This document shows positions 11,427 through 23,299 of a DNA stretch of 64,000 nt, piece by piece. The notes under the pieces are model-generated. The model was not told the DNA's origin. It was given only the letters and a program-made list of their open reading frames with translations, and searched no databases. Origin of the DNA: Eukaryota sp. TZLM1-RC. Its lineage: Eukaryota > Protista > Metamonada: BaSk clade. Both the position numbers and the translations under genes were made by a program. Location of the stretch: assembly GCA_040285825.1 (NCBI GenBank), contig JAUPSS010000004.1, positions 496,001 to 560,000 of the forward strand. The letters are read 5' to 3'. Position 1 is the stretch's first letter; each line of letters starts with the position of its first letter.

Positions 11427-12653
11427 CTATCTCAACACTAACCACTCTACATCTTCACCAATTTCTTCCAAGTAAGCCTTAAAGGGTTTCAACAAATCCT
11501 CTCTTGTAAATTCATCTTCAATCTTGCTGAAAGCATCAACAACATTGGAATGATTAATGTACCCCTTCCTCAACCAAAACATCACAAATTTAGCAATTAC
11601 TGCTGTACAAAGTGGGAAATCTTCCATTAATTCTTCAATTTAGGTTTCCATAAACTTATTAAATCCAAACGCAATGATGCTCTTCGTGATAAGATTTCTC
11701 TCAACAAGCCCCTTAATGATTGATAAAAAGTGATTAATCATCACAACTGGAGGATTTTTGTTGATAAACGTGTAAAGCACCAAGGCCAAAAGTTCTGCCT
11801 TATGTTGATCTGATCCAACTCCAAAATTAGCATAGTCAGAGATTGCATCTTCAATGCCCATTCGATCAAGTTTTTTAATAAAACCTTTAACTTTATCCAC
11901 AATGATCTCTGGGCCTAGTTGAGGTTGGCGAGGATTTCGAATATCTTGTCTCCTTCCTTTACGTCCGTTGGCCATCGACAAACTATCATTGCCTGAACAT
12001 CTTGATTCTTCCCCCCGAGTTTTTTGTTCGGCTAACGGGCGATATTGATTTTCCTGTCGTTCTTTCTTATGAGGATGGCAATTGCCTCTTGATTGACCAC
12101 GTTTGGCACCTTCACGGTGATTGCCAAATCTGTGACTTCCGTTGGAGTTCAGGCTAAGGTTATTGTGAAGGCAAATACATTCGAGAATCCTCTTCGTTAG
12201 TTGATTATCTGCTGGACAATGGTCTTTCTTTTGCAATAATGTGTCCTTTGAATACTGAATCATTCCGGGTGTTGACGATGGGGTGGAAAGAGCTGGGTAA
12301 CAATCTTCGTCATCGTCACTGATATCTGTCTGATCACTTTTTAAACCATGAGAATGGCTAGCAGGGGGCTCTGATGTTATGTTGCTGGTGACAGGGAGCA
12401 TACCTTGAGATTTCGTCACTAATAATTTGTTGAAATCTGGTACAACCGGTACTTCGTAAAGCAATGAAAGAGCATCAATTGAAGAATCAGAAACGGATAC
12501 TGCAGTAGGTCTCTGCAGAGTAGCCAGTGTAGCAGAAGCTGTGACAGCCTTTGGTATGTACTCTGGAATCCTGTCTCGTGTACGAAACCTGTCTCTAGGC
12601 ATTGGTCTAAAAGCAGACATCTCCTTCACATTTATTCGATCAAACTTGCCCAT
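11427..12653 (-). CDS. eIF4E-binding-motif protein with a C-terminal MA3/HEAT-like domain (eIF4G-like); interrupted by an in-frame TAA at 11640-11642
   Basis: YSKDTLL fits YxxxxL-phi; helical C-terminus ...IEELMEDFPLCTAVIAKFV; the two ORFs are in the same frame. Confidence 0.5.
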
Positions 12654-12929
12654 AAATGAGAGGAAAATTCTGTAAAAATAAAAATTTTGTGTATCATTGC
12701 ACAAAACATGTAAACCCTTAATAAGCAGCGCAGAAACCGATATCATTTGCTCTTTCCAATTCAGTTTTCAAATTTTCATCATTTTTGTTTATTCCGATGC
12801 AAAAGAGTTTTGTTCAGTAGTGTTGTTGTTGACAAAAAGGTTGATAGATACCTCAGGATTTCACGTGATGACATGGTACTTGATTAATAAAGTTTTCGTT
12901 TCTGTAAAGTTTTAATTATGGTCAGCTCA

Positions 12930-13610
12930 TTAATCTGAATCATTTATTTAATTGCAAATTTAATATTACATATCGCTCAGTTGTTCACGATGCTGTTTGA
13001 GACCAACTATACGCTATGTGCAAAAGCCATCACATTGAAGCTTTTGTTGAACCACTTGTGCGAAGGTTGTCATCTGAAATTGAAAATGAAAATACTTTTG
13101 GGAAACGCCGTGCTGATTTAATTACCCCTGCGTCTGATGGTGTTATTAAAGTTGTTGATGTTGTCACTGTTGATGTTTGTAAAGACTCAGCAATTGACTT
13201 TGCTAATAGAGATGAAACTCCACTTTGCTTTGCTGAAAAGAGCAAAATCAAAAAGTACAATGAACCCTTATCTCAGCTAGGACGTGTTGAGCATGTTAAG
13301 TATCAGTTGGTTCCATTTGCTGTTTCTCTTTTTGGTAACATTGGAATATCTGGCATTAAATTTCTTGAAGGTTTCAGAAGTTTAATAAAAGAAAGAGCAG
13401 GAAAAGAATTGAACTTCAATTTCTGGCACAATAGAATTGTTTTCAGTATTCTTAAAGCAATTCCAGAAATGTTGACCAAAGCACTGTTACAATTAGGAAT
13501 AGAGTATGAAAATCGCGCGCTTAAAAGATTTGATGATGTTGATGCGTGTATTGAGGATATTGAGTTCTAGTTTTTTGTTTAATGTTTTGTTAGCGTTGAA
13601 AATAAATTTA
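12930..13610 (+). mobile_element. CRE-like non-LTR retrotransposon 3' fragment (RLE endonuclease)
   Basis: HLFNC...HDAV, EP, RRAD, DVV, KxxKY, PFAVSLFG; ends EDIEF* followed by AATAAA. Confidence 0.85.
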
Positions 13611-14629
13611 TCCTATAACAAAAAATTCTTGTAAAAAGGAATATGAAACCATGAAATACATAACTATATCTCGACATCCTCAGAATCCACCTCTCCTACA
13701 AAACAATGAATAATTGAAACTGGGGAAAATTTCTTAAATGCAGAGACTGTCAATTTCACTCAAAATGCATACTGGTATATCACTTTTTACCCATCCATTT
13801 TCCTCACAATCTCACAATAAAATGTCATCTGATCACATAACCACTGATTCATCTGTACGTCGACAACTTGACAACTCGAGAAATGGGAGTCTTTGTTGGA
13901 GAAGTAGGCCGTCGTTTAGGTGATATTGAGCCAAAACTGCGCAGAGGAATTAATGATTTGATTCAGGATCTCCCCGATCTGTTCCGATATGCAAGCAAAC
14001 GCTCCATTAAAAAAAGCATCTATGACTGTTGAACTTTTTAACCAGTTCGAAGGAGCAGCTGATACACCCAACTTCCGCACAGATCAGCAATTCGCAGTAT
14101 AATTATTGATTTAATGAAGGTTTAGTATAGTTTATGATACTTGATTCATGAATACTCAAAAGCTGTTGCTTATGCAGATATGGAAAATAATAGTTTGTTC
14201 CCTCGACCCAATTGCTATGTCTAAAAACGTTGCTGCAGTTGAATCTGGTAAACTTTTCGAGAACAAAATACAGAAACTATATTTCGTTGAGAAGTGGAAC
14301 AAAATCTCTTTGAGCTCTCACCATTTTGCGGTACTTTGCAAAGAAAGCTTCTATTGGGTTGGAATCTGGACAGTAAGGAAAAAATATATGATAAGCTACT
14401 GCAATTCTCGTTCCATGAATGATGTTTTCGTGATCGTGTATGTTACATCCGTCCAATTTTACACAACTTCGGCGACCACCAGTAGGTCAAAGGTTAAGGA
14501 CATAAGGAATAAACAGACTGTGGGGAAACTTGTTGAGTGGGGAAAAGGAAAAATTTTCACATACTCTGCTATGCAAACAATACCTGCAAACTAGTATGTA
14601 AAATTTTAAGTCTCACATGTGTGAATCGC

Positions 14630-14970
14630 TCAAAAATAGAAAATACAATCCTGTTTTGCCAGTAAACACAATTGAAAATCTTTCTAGCTTTTTCCTTTAC
14701 ACTTACAAATAAAATTCAAGGAAAATTATAGCATCATTAGCTAGATCTTCAAGCAAAGCTGTAAACAAAGGAACATAAATTATGTTGGGCATGATGTTTT
14801 TGATTTACTGAGGAAATGGGTTTCGCATATTTTGCAATTTTGTGTTTTTTGTTATCAGGTTGAAGATTAATAAAAATCTGAGTCGATGGAATGTTCGTCA
14901 GAACAGTTACATGGGTCAATGGAAATGGCGTCTAAAATTGTAAAACTACCATGTAAGCCATGGTTGATTG
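14630..14970 (-). mobile_element. Degenerate CRE-like RLE fragment
   Basis: Translates to GSFTILDAISIDPCN; DNA matches 58620-58790 (gtgtttactggcaaaacag). Confidence 0.7.
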
Positions 14971-16060
14971 ACTAAACGTTAATCAAAACTCGATGTGCAC
15001 TGTGATCTGGATGGGTCTCCAACTTGTAGAATATCTACACCGTAGAACAGGGTTTTGTACCCATGGTGATTTATACACAAGGAATACAGCAATAATTTCT
15101 TCTTGTGGCTTTTTAGGCAAAGAACATGACCATGAAGCCCTGTTTTTTCTGATAAATTGAAATGATATCATTGAAATTCCTCATCTAGCTTGAATGGGAT
15201 ATTCAAATTATATAAATATTGAAACTTATTGCAGGGGAAATGAATGTGAGGTGAAAATACATGTGCCTGAAATCGATTCCACAGTGGATTTCTCAATTTC
15301 CTGATTTTCACTGACATTTGAATAGACTTAACTAAGTGGAGTGTAATTGTGATGAAATGTTGGCTCAGAGTCGTGTTCGTGAACACGGATTTCAGTGTGT
15401 TTCTCTAAACAGTAAAAACCTAACTCATTGTGAATATTCAACTACAATTGTATTCAACAATACTTTTCATCTAGTTTAAATAATTGATTTTTTATTGTTT
15501 TCAAAAAATCATCATTTATTAAAAAACAAAACAAAACAAACCAAAACACATAAGAAACAAAATTCTCCACGCCAACTCTTGATGAATCCTTATACAGCTT
15601 GGAAAATCATTAAATTTAAGTATTTGGGAACATTTCTGCACAAAGCAAAAGTGATATTAATTGTTTTTAATTTATTCTCTTTTGACCGATACAGAGCGTC
15701 TTGAATTGAATCCATAAAACATTGAATGTTCAGATCTTAATGTCATAATAAACAAATGTCCAAATAGGATGAAGACAATGCGATATGTGCTCTGACGTGC
15801 ATAACAATGACAATTGCTATTTCCAATTCTCAGGCAGTTGTACTATCAGTGTAGAAAATTAGTTTTTTTAGAAAATCAAAAATCACCAAAATATAATAAT
15901 CCATTTTATATTTAATATAAACAGAATATAAACAATTCCAACGGCGTGTTTAAAACTCGGATTCTAATTCGTATTTTTACTTTGTTTTTATTTTTTTTAT
16001 TAAATAACCATGTATTGTTGAGAAAACGTTTGTAGCACAAACTTGATAAAAAACATAAGA

Positions 16061-17581
16061 CTATTTATATATTTTTAAAGCTCTATCACTCGCAGAAACA
16101 TATTCCTTTCTAGATAACTTTAATAAATATTCAATACACAAATTCAAAACATCAAAGATAGATCCAGTTTTTCTAATTTGAATATCTATCAGGGAATTCA
16201 AAATTTCTGTTTGAGAATTCAAAATTTTACAATCAATATTTGGCTTTACAACCTCAACATTGTCAAATTTTGGTACTACAGCCTTCATCGGCTCAGAATT
16301 GCGTAAATGACACGAACAAATTTTGAAACTTGCATCCACCAAGCTCACTTCAAAATGCAACAACAAACCAACACCATTTCTGTAACCAAACTCCCATTGA
16401 AACTTCACCTTCCCCTCTCCACATCTGTACTGATCATTTGATAAAAGCCTAGGATATTCTGGATTTGGCTTTTTCAAATCTTGTTTGAATTTAATCAAGT
16501 CAGAAAAAAAGGAATTTAATTTGATTGATTCATCTATTTTTGATTGAATAAATTCTGATAATGATTGTGACTCTTTTGGTTGTAAAGAGAGACCAGCATA
16601 AAATGCTAACCATTTAGGAAAACAAAAAGAAAGACTTGATGGCAATTTAATAGTTTCTGTGTTACTCTTGACCGTCACGTGATCACAATCCTCATCAACC
16701 ATCATCAAACTGCCAATCACAGTCGATAAGGGGTCAACAACTTTATTTACATCACTTGAATTGTAACCAAATGGCATATTGCGAGCTCCAATTATTGTGA
16801 ATCCAACAACATTCAATTCTAAGAACCAAGAAAAACAAATGGTCAAATCACCGTGCAAAACGTATAAACTTTTAGGAAAAATCACAAAAAGTTCTTGACC
16901 GGTCAAACGGATTTTAGGAGACTCATCAATTTTGATTGATAGATTTGATTTAGTTTTTAACCTCAGATAGAGAGTGGCCAAAGGCTGTGGCATTTGTTTC
17001 AATTCTTTTTCCATCACAAATTTAACATCAAAATCACTACCAAAAATAGGCAACAAAGGAGCTTGTGTTTCAAAGAAGGAAATAAAATTGGTGCATAATT
17101 CATCCAATTTGGCCATTTCATTTGACTTTGATTCGTGTTCTTGTCGTTGAAAGTCAAGACTATTTTTGAGCGATTCTACTGATTCTTGTAGTTCCTTTCG
17201 TCTACGTTTCTCTTCCTCCAAGCATTCTTTGACCTTTTCCTTGCTCTCGGGGTTCGTGAGACTCTCCTCGGCTAGTTGGGCTTCTATGTAGTCAAGGTCA
17301 AGAAGAGGGTTGACCATTTTGTGTTCAAGATCAAGCTGATACCGTTCTATGACGTTAAGTTGAGTTTGAAGAGAGAGAACAGAAGAGTGCGAGGTAAGAT
17401 ATTCCATTGTTAGTTCATGATATTGCTGGGTGAGTGAAGCAGCCTCATGAACATCATCAACACATGGAGCTGTAATTTGGTTGATGAGAGTCAGATGTGA
17501 CAGGAAGTCAGGTTCTGATACATCGGGATATTGTGTTCGAGAACGTAAGCTGGAGACAAGATTGTCAAACGCTGCATCCAT
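16061..17581 (-). CDS. THO complex subunit 5 (THOC5/FMIP)-like
   Basis: N-terminal coiled coil ending LEEEKRRRKEL and MPQPLATLY resemble THOC5 RLxxELxxRKxL and LPxPLYVL. Confidence 0.55.
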   Translation of the reverse strand: MDAAFDNLVSSLRSRTQYPDVSEPDFLSHLTLINQITAPCVDDVHEAASLTQQYHELTMEYLTSHSSVLSLQTQLNVIERYQLDLEHKMVNPLLDLDYIEAQLAEESLTNPESKEKVKECLEEEKRRRKELQESVESLKNSLDFQRQEHESKSNEMAKLDELCTNFISFFETQAPLLPIFGSDFDVKFVMEKELKQMPQPLATLYLRLKTKSNLSIKIDESPKIRLTGQELFVIFPKSLYVLHGDLTICFSWFLELNVVGFTIIGARNMPFGYNSSDVNKVVDPLSTVIGSLMMVDEDCDHVTVKSNTETIKLPSSLSFCFPKWLAFYAGLSLQPKESQSLSEFIQSKIDESIKLNSFFSDLIKFKQDLKKPNPEYPRLLSNDQYRCGEGKVKFQWEFGYRNGVGLLLHFEVSLVDASFKICSCHLRNSEPMKAVVPKFDNVEVVKPNIDCKILNSQTEILNSLIDIQIRKTGSIFDVLNLCIEYLLKLSRKEYVSASDRALKIYK

Positions 17582-17648
17582 TGAAACAGATGATGTCTAT
17601 AACAATGAAATAAGTGTCCTTTTTACACCAATGGAGAGGGACTGAGTT
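17582..17648 (-). repeat. 67-nt element, copy A (Fanzor 3' end, immediately 5' of the THOC5-like ATG)
   Basis: 63/67 identical to 35779-35845 by manual alignment. Confidence 0.9.
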
Positions 17649-18740
17649 TTTGGGAAGTGGAAGATTTTCTTCTCAATATCTTTTTCTTTGAACCACTGTC
17701 AACCTTAACTCTCTGCAGGTATTCCGGTCTATCTCCACCATTAACATGTGCTTCCATCACTACCAACATATTCAGCGAAGCATTTCGATCTCTATTCCAC
17801 AAACTTTCGCATGATTTACACATGGTAAGCCTGTGACGAATAGACATCTCTTGCCTCTTCCATGGCCTAGGATTTCTGCACCATCGGAATGTTTCAACTG
17901 TTTTCTCCGCTTTCTTACAGTTGAAACAACAGCAACTGGTTCGAAACTCATCAATCAAAAAGACCTTATAACCAGCCTTTTTAAATAGAATTCTCAACCC
18001 TTTTCCTTTGGTAGGCTCTTTGAATTTCATGTGTTTTCGTTGTTCCCAGTCTCCGATTCCAATAACTACTTGGCTGGGATCACCAATTACTGATTTGAAT
18101 CTCTGAATCATTTTTGCCTCGGAGCTTGTGCGATTTATCTTAGTTCCCTATATATTTTTTGATGATAGGCTTCACCGGCAATACTATTCACATAATTCTT
18201 TTGTTTAATATACTCCATAAATCTATCAAACCTGCAGCTTTTGGAATTGAATTGGGATAAAGTTGCTTTCAATTCTGCTACAGATTTAGTCGTGTGATCA
18301 TTATTTCTCAAATTGAATGAGTAATCAATTTCGTGGGGAATATTGATTTCTTGAGGTACTTCACCTCTTAATAAACTAATTGTTCTTTCAGTCATTTGAT
18401 TAATTATACTGCTGTTTAAATCCATCCTTTGTTGTTGCTCTTCAGATGGTTCATAATTGGATAGATCATTCACTTTACCAGTAGAGTTACTTAATGTGAC
18501 AAGAGTGTCATTCCGTATGATGTCTCTTATTCTTTTGAATTTGAAACTTTTCGACTCAAATCTTCGTTGATTTTGAGTGTACCTGAAATGAACGTATTTA
18601 TCTCTCTCAGGTTTTTTTGAATAAGTCATTCTAGTAGCTAAATTGGCAGAAAAATAGAGTAAATCAGATTTCCCTGGATCAGCAGCAGCAAGAGTCATAT
18701 CTTGGAATTCAGAAGGATTGATGCTGGGGTTCCCAGTTTA
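17582..18740 (-). pseudogene. Fanzor1 (eukaryotic TnpB-family RuvC nuclease), 5'-truncated, frameshifted near 18112-18135
   Basis: RuvC-I ADPGKSDL, GDW...EPTKG, RuvC-II DEFRTS plus CxxC, CKSC...WNRDRNASLN (RuvC-III), RPEYL. Confidence 0.88.
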
Positions 18741-18818
18741 AGCTGGGGCATCCATTTAGAGGTGTGAGGTTTTGGTCAAATGCCGAAAAATGGTCATTTC
18801 AAGTCATTTCCTCTACCA

Positions 18819-19571
18819 ATGTCCACTGATTATGTAGACACTTCAGCTGGGCTGCGGAGTGCCTTTGAAGAACTGAGAACACAGACTGATGACATGGATG
18901 TGCTAATTGAGTCTTTAAAGACGGACTATTCTAATAGCCCTCATCATCTGCTTGAACGCATAACCCAGCTTCGTTGCTCTATCAGACAGCATATATTTAC
19001 TGGCTTGAAATTTGTGGAAAACGCATCTAAGCATGAAAATGAAGACAAAACAGCACATACGAGACAATTTATTAGTCACACTGGTACAAAACATCTGATA
19101 TCTAAGTTTCTAAACCATGTACGGAGCTTCTATGACAGCGAAACAGCTTTGCGTAACTTTTTAGAGTGGGATAAGTCACATAGGACAGAGGTGTACGGAG
19201 AACAAACTTCTTCCGTTCTATCCAACCTTCTTCATGTGGATAACCGATTGGAAGAGACATTGGAACGTCATCAAGATGTCATTGATATTAATAACAGTAT
19301 AGAGGAGCTTAGTCTACTAATGGCAACTCTTTCCAATCTAGTTGTCCAACAAGATTTCCAACCCCTTGTTCACTTGAGCGACATGATGGTCACAAATGCT
19401 CGATTGGCATCAGCAGAGACTCGTAGGAATTTTCAAAGAGAATATGTCTGTTGTCGCGTGTTCAAGACATCGCGGAAGTGCCTCTTGTTTATTCTGGTTT
19501 TGATTTGGTTGGTTGCTATTGGATGGTTGCTTGGAAAAGTAGCAAAGTATGGTAAATATGCAGCTCTGTGA
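18819..19571 (+). CDS. Syntaxin-like Qa-SNARE (alternative start 18780)
   Basis: ERHQDVIDINNSIEELSLLMATLSNLVVQQ SNARE motif and a C-terminal TM helix. Confidence 0.75.
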   Translation: MSTDYVDTSAGLRSAFEELRTQTDDMDVLIESLKTDYSNSPHHLLERITQLRCSIRQHIFTGLKFVENASKHENEDKTAHTRQFISHTGTKHLISKFLNHVRSFYDSETALRNFLEWDKSHRTEVYGEQTSSVLSNLLHVDNRLEETLERHQDVIDINNSIEELSLLMATLSNLVVQQDFQPLVHLSDMMVTNARLASAETRRNFQREYVCCRVFKTSRKCLLFILVLIWLVAIGWLLGKVAKYGKYAAL

Positions 19572-20176
19572 ATTAATTGCTGATAGCTAAAACAGTTATG
19601 GGGTGGTCACTTCCTATTCCACTTCCTAACCTGTTCTTCCAGCGGACTATGGCCATTTCCTGAAGGTGTTTATAGTTTAAACTTTAAAGGGCTACTTCTT
19701 AATCACTTCTAACAGCAACAGAATGAGTTCTTGTTTTCCGAGCATTATTTGTGTTTTAAGCTGATTGAATGTATGTTACATGGTTCAATCTCCAGATGGT
19801 GGTCGATTCACCAAATATGATGCATTGAAGTTTGCTGGGTTTATAAGATTTAACACTCTGCAGCTGAGGTACTGTTTAATTAAATGATTTAATCAATGTG
19901 ATTTAATTTAAATCACATTGATGGTTTAAAAATGTTGCAAGTTTACTAGTAGGAGTATTTCCCGTTTATTATTTATGGGAAAAATTGTTTTTTTGTTGTA
20001 AAAAATGTATTGTATCTATATGTTGACACTAATATTGTTGACAGCTGTAGTTCCGATTGTAGGACTCTTTCACTCCATGTAAAGGGTATATGTCATAAAT
20101 GATGAAGATGTCTACTAACTTTCCACATGTTTAATTTGTAACACAACACGGTTATTTGTTGTTTACAATTTACAGC

Positions 20177-20488
20177 ATGCCCAAGAAAGAAAAGGAAGAA
20201 CCCGACTACAAACAGTCTTCATCTAAAACAAGAGAGCGTCTTGCTGATATAAGTGGACTCAAGATGCAAGATCCGGATTGCGAACGACATTGTCAACCTT
20301 GTCAACCAGTTTGTGAATCTTGCTGCCCTCCCTGTCAATGCGTATGTCCTAAACCCGAATCGACATGTCCTCCCCCACAACAAGAACCAGTCTGTCAACC
20401 CACAACTCAAAGAGTAGTAGAACAGTCTTCATCCTTTGAGCAGAAGCATCCCAGTAAGGAAGGAGAGTGTCATTTTAAATCTTGTTAA
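20177..20488 (+). CDS. Small Cys/Pro-rich protein
   Basis: CERHCQPCQPVCESCCPPCQCVCPKP; ATG at 20177. Confidence 0.6.
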   Translation: MPKKEKEEPDYKQSSSKTRERLADISGLKMQDPDCERHCQPCQPVCESCCPPCQCVCPKPESTCPPPQQEPVCQPTTQRVVEQSSSFEQKHPSKEGECHFKSC

Positions 20489-20559
20489 ATGAATATAAAA
20501 ATGAGTTGTTGACGTCTTTCAAGTCCAATAATTTCAATAATTTCAAGTAATTAATATTT

Positions 20560-21455
20560 GCAGCTCGGCTGTTTTAAATCAAGATCTTCACTCATTGTTA
20601 TTGGAAAAGGGTGTTTGTGAAAACAAGGCGTCAGATTCTTCACTTTTTGTAACCATTGTACCACGAAGATTTGGATTGTGTGCCACTAATGAAGCATTTG
20701 TAACAAAAATGAGATTATATTTGAACATTCCCATTAACCAATTATTATCAAAAGAAAAATGTATTTGTTCGAATTCACCTCGACTCACTTTGCGCCATGC
20801 TCTAAATTGCTCTAAATTGATAACTTATCGTTCTTCATTACATGATGCTGTTAGAGACACTGTTTTCAATATGGCACAAACTGCAAGGATATCGTGTATC
20901 AAAGAGCCCCTGCTGAAGGAAACACTTTCTCTGAATAATTTTGGTTCTGATGATAGAGGTGATGTATACTGTGATTGGATTGATAATTCTGAAGCTATTG
21001 TTGACTTTGTCTCATGTAATGTTGCAAACGATACTTTGGTTCACAGAAAAAAACTTAATCCTGTGGCTGCTCTGGATTTTAAAGCAAAAGAAAAACATAG
21101 AAAATATGATAAAGAAATTGAAGATGCAAATGTCGATAGAAATACACAGCTGGTTTTTATTGCTTTCCCATTTTCGATAAATGGAAGATTATCAGTTGAA
21201 GCAGAAACTTTTTTGGATGACTTCCAAAAAATGGTGAAAGAAAAAACAATGAAAAGATTTGATATTTTTTTATGGCGTTCACGGATTCAATTTGCCATTA
21301 TTAATAGATTACCGCGGTTTTTCAATCGAATTAGAGAAGCTTTAGCTAGACAGCAAGCAAATCAAGATTTTGTAGAGGAAATCTTGGTTTAATGATAGTC
21401 GTCCCATTAGTTATGATTTAATTTAATCAAGTGTGCAAATTCAATAAATACGATT
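20560..21455 (+). mobile_element. CRE-like non-LTR 3' fragment (zinc knuckle plus RLE)
   Basis: CIC...HALNC...HDAVRD, KEP, RGD, DFV, KHRKY; closely similar to the copy at 59720-60605. Confidence 0.88.
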
Positions 21456-22469
21456 TAGTAATTAATTAAGTAATAGTATTTTTCATGTATATAATTTATT
21501 TCACATCGCTTTGAGGTCATTTTTGAATGTTTTCATGCATATGTGGCAATACTAAATACTACAATCTCTGCAGATTGATTTCACAGTAGTGGCATTTTGT
21601 CTGAGTATGGTTTTTCAATGGTTATACATAGTATTGGACCCTGTTCCATTCCAATAGCCAATGGTGGTGAAAATTGCTATGAACAACTCTACTTTTACTA
21701 ACCGTTTATTTAAGACCATGTGTCTTTCAGAGGTTGTTTCAGTACGAAAAACTTCAGTTCTTAACATAAATGATGATGAAAGAAATGTGCCTTTCTGTAG
21801 TGATTTTCCAACGCACATTTAAATCAGGTCCAACTTCATCAAAACATAATCTCAGAACTGGTGAAGTATCAATAGACTCAAGTTAGGCGTTGAGAACGGG
21901 ATGGGTACAGACAGACGCTGAATATGATGAATCTAAGTTAATTATGAAATTGAATCTCATTCTTTAAAGATGTAGTTGTGTGATTTGTTCATTTTGCATA
22001 TTTGGCAGCAAACTACACATAATGAAATACAATCTTGGATTGTACACGTTTTTTTTCAGATAATATTGATTTATTAAACAACTTATAAATCAACATCTAA
22101 TTAATCCACCTCTTCCAAAAGGCAACATCTCACTGCAACTGATGAATGTATGAGGTTGGGACTTTATTTAGGTGAAGTTGAATCAGATGTTAAAGTTTGT
22201 TATTCTCAGGATACAAAATGGGCTTTAACTACAGAAAAAAGCTCTTTGGTCTCCAAATCATTGACACCGATCCGCTCTTCTTTGTCGGAGTAATGCAATT
22301 TTGAAACACGTCATGAACTAGGTAAGATAGTAAGTACTTCCACATTACATCATATGTTGATACGACATGGTCATTGTTATATACAATACCAATCTGTTGT
22401 TAGAAAGGCAACATTTTTGTTGATATGCAAGTTCGAATTGAAATTCACCCTGAATAATGGGATGGTGAA

Positions 22470-22710
22470 TCATCACGAACTGATGTTGATTGATGAACTA
22501 TCTTTGAAGGTTCAGAATAATTACAAAACACGTGGTTGGCCGCCAAGGGATCAGTCCATACATGTAGCACGACCAAATGTCAGAACAGCAGGTCAGTGAT
22601 GTTGTTTCATTATGTTGAATGGTGTGTTGCCTCATCACGCGAAAAAAGGACATTTCGACCATAGTGGTTTCAGTTCATTTATTCGATATTTTACTTACTT
22701 TTCGGAATGG
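22470..22710 (+). mobile_element. Tc1/IS630-type transposase remnant
   Basis: LMLIDE...KTRGWPPRDQ...NGVL...GHFDHSGFSSFI resembles the first half of the DDE domain. Confidence 0.5.
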
Positions 22711-23299
22711 TGATCTTTATCCAGGTCATCGATCAGTGCTGATTCTCAATGGTTGTAGAATTCAGACATAAAACCAGTTGACAGAAAGGGTTTGAAAGTG
22801 TTGTCTGTAGAAGATGATCTTGCCACCTTAGCGCTCTGCTATGAAGCCCATCGAAATGTTGTTTCAGTTTTGAGAAGATAGATAGATTCAAAATCTTTAC
22901 CCATGATAAGGATTTTGTATCCAGATTTGATGGTGTTCATTTGTGTATTCATCAGTTAGGACGTCGTGACTGTCGAAATTGTTTCAAACACTGTGGCTAA
23001 AGTGGAATTGGTTTCATTGACTCTCCCTACTCCAAAAATAGATTCTCCATTCATAGCTGTTTCAACTTAATTTAAAGATGCGTTTAAATAGTATTAAAAT
23101 ACTATTAATAACTGAGACTTTATGCATAAGACAAACAACAAAACAGGACAATCTTCAATATTTATATTCTGGATGGAGCTTCTCATAATGACACCTTACT
23201 GGAAGTTCGGTGCCTGTGGAAAGAAAAAATTGGGACAGTTTAAGAGCGGTCTAAAATCTTCCATTAGGGTATGCGATACAAGCGAAACCTCAGTAGTAT

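Noticed and set aside
11640-11642. Alternative genetic code (TAR = Gln)
   Set aside because: Conserved genes (PRP3, presenilin, LFG, kinase) end at TAA or TAG and have no internal TAR codons
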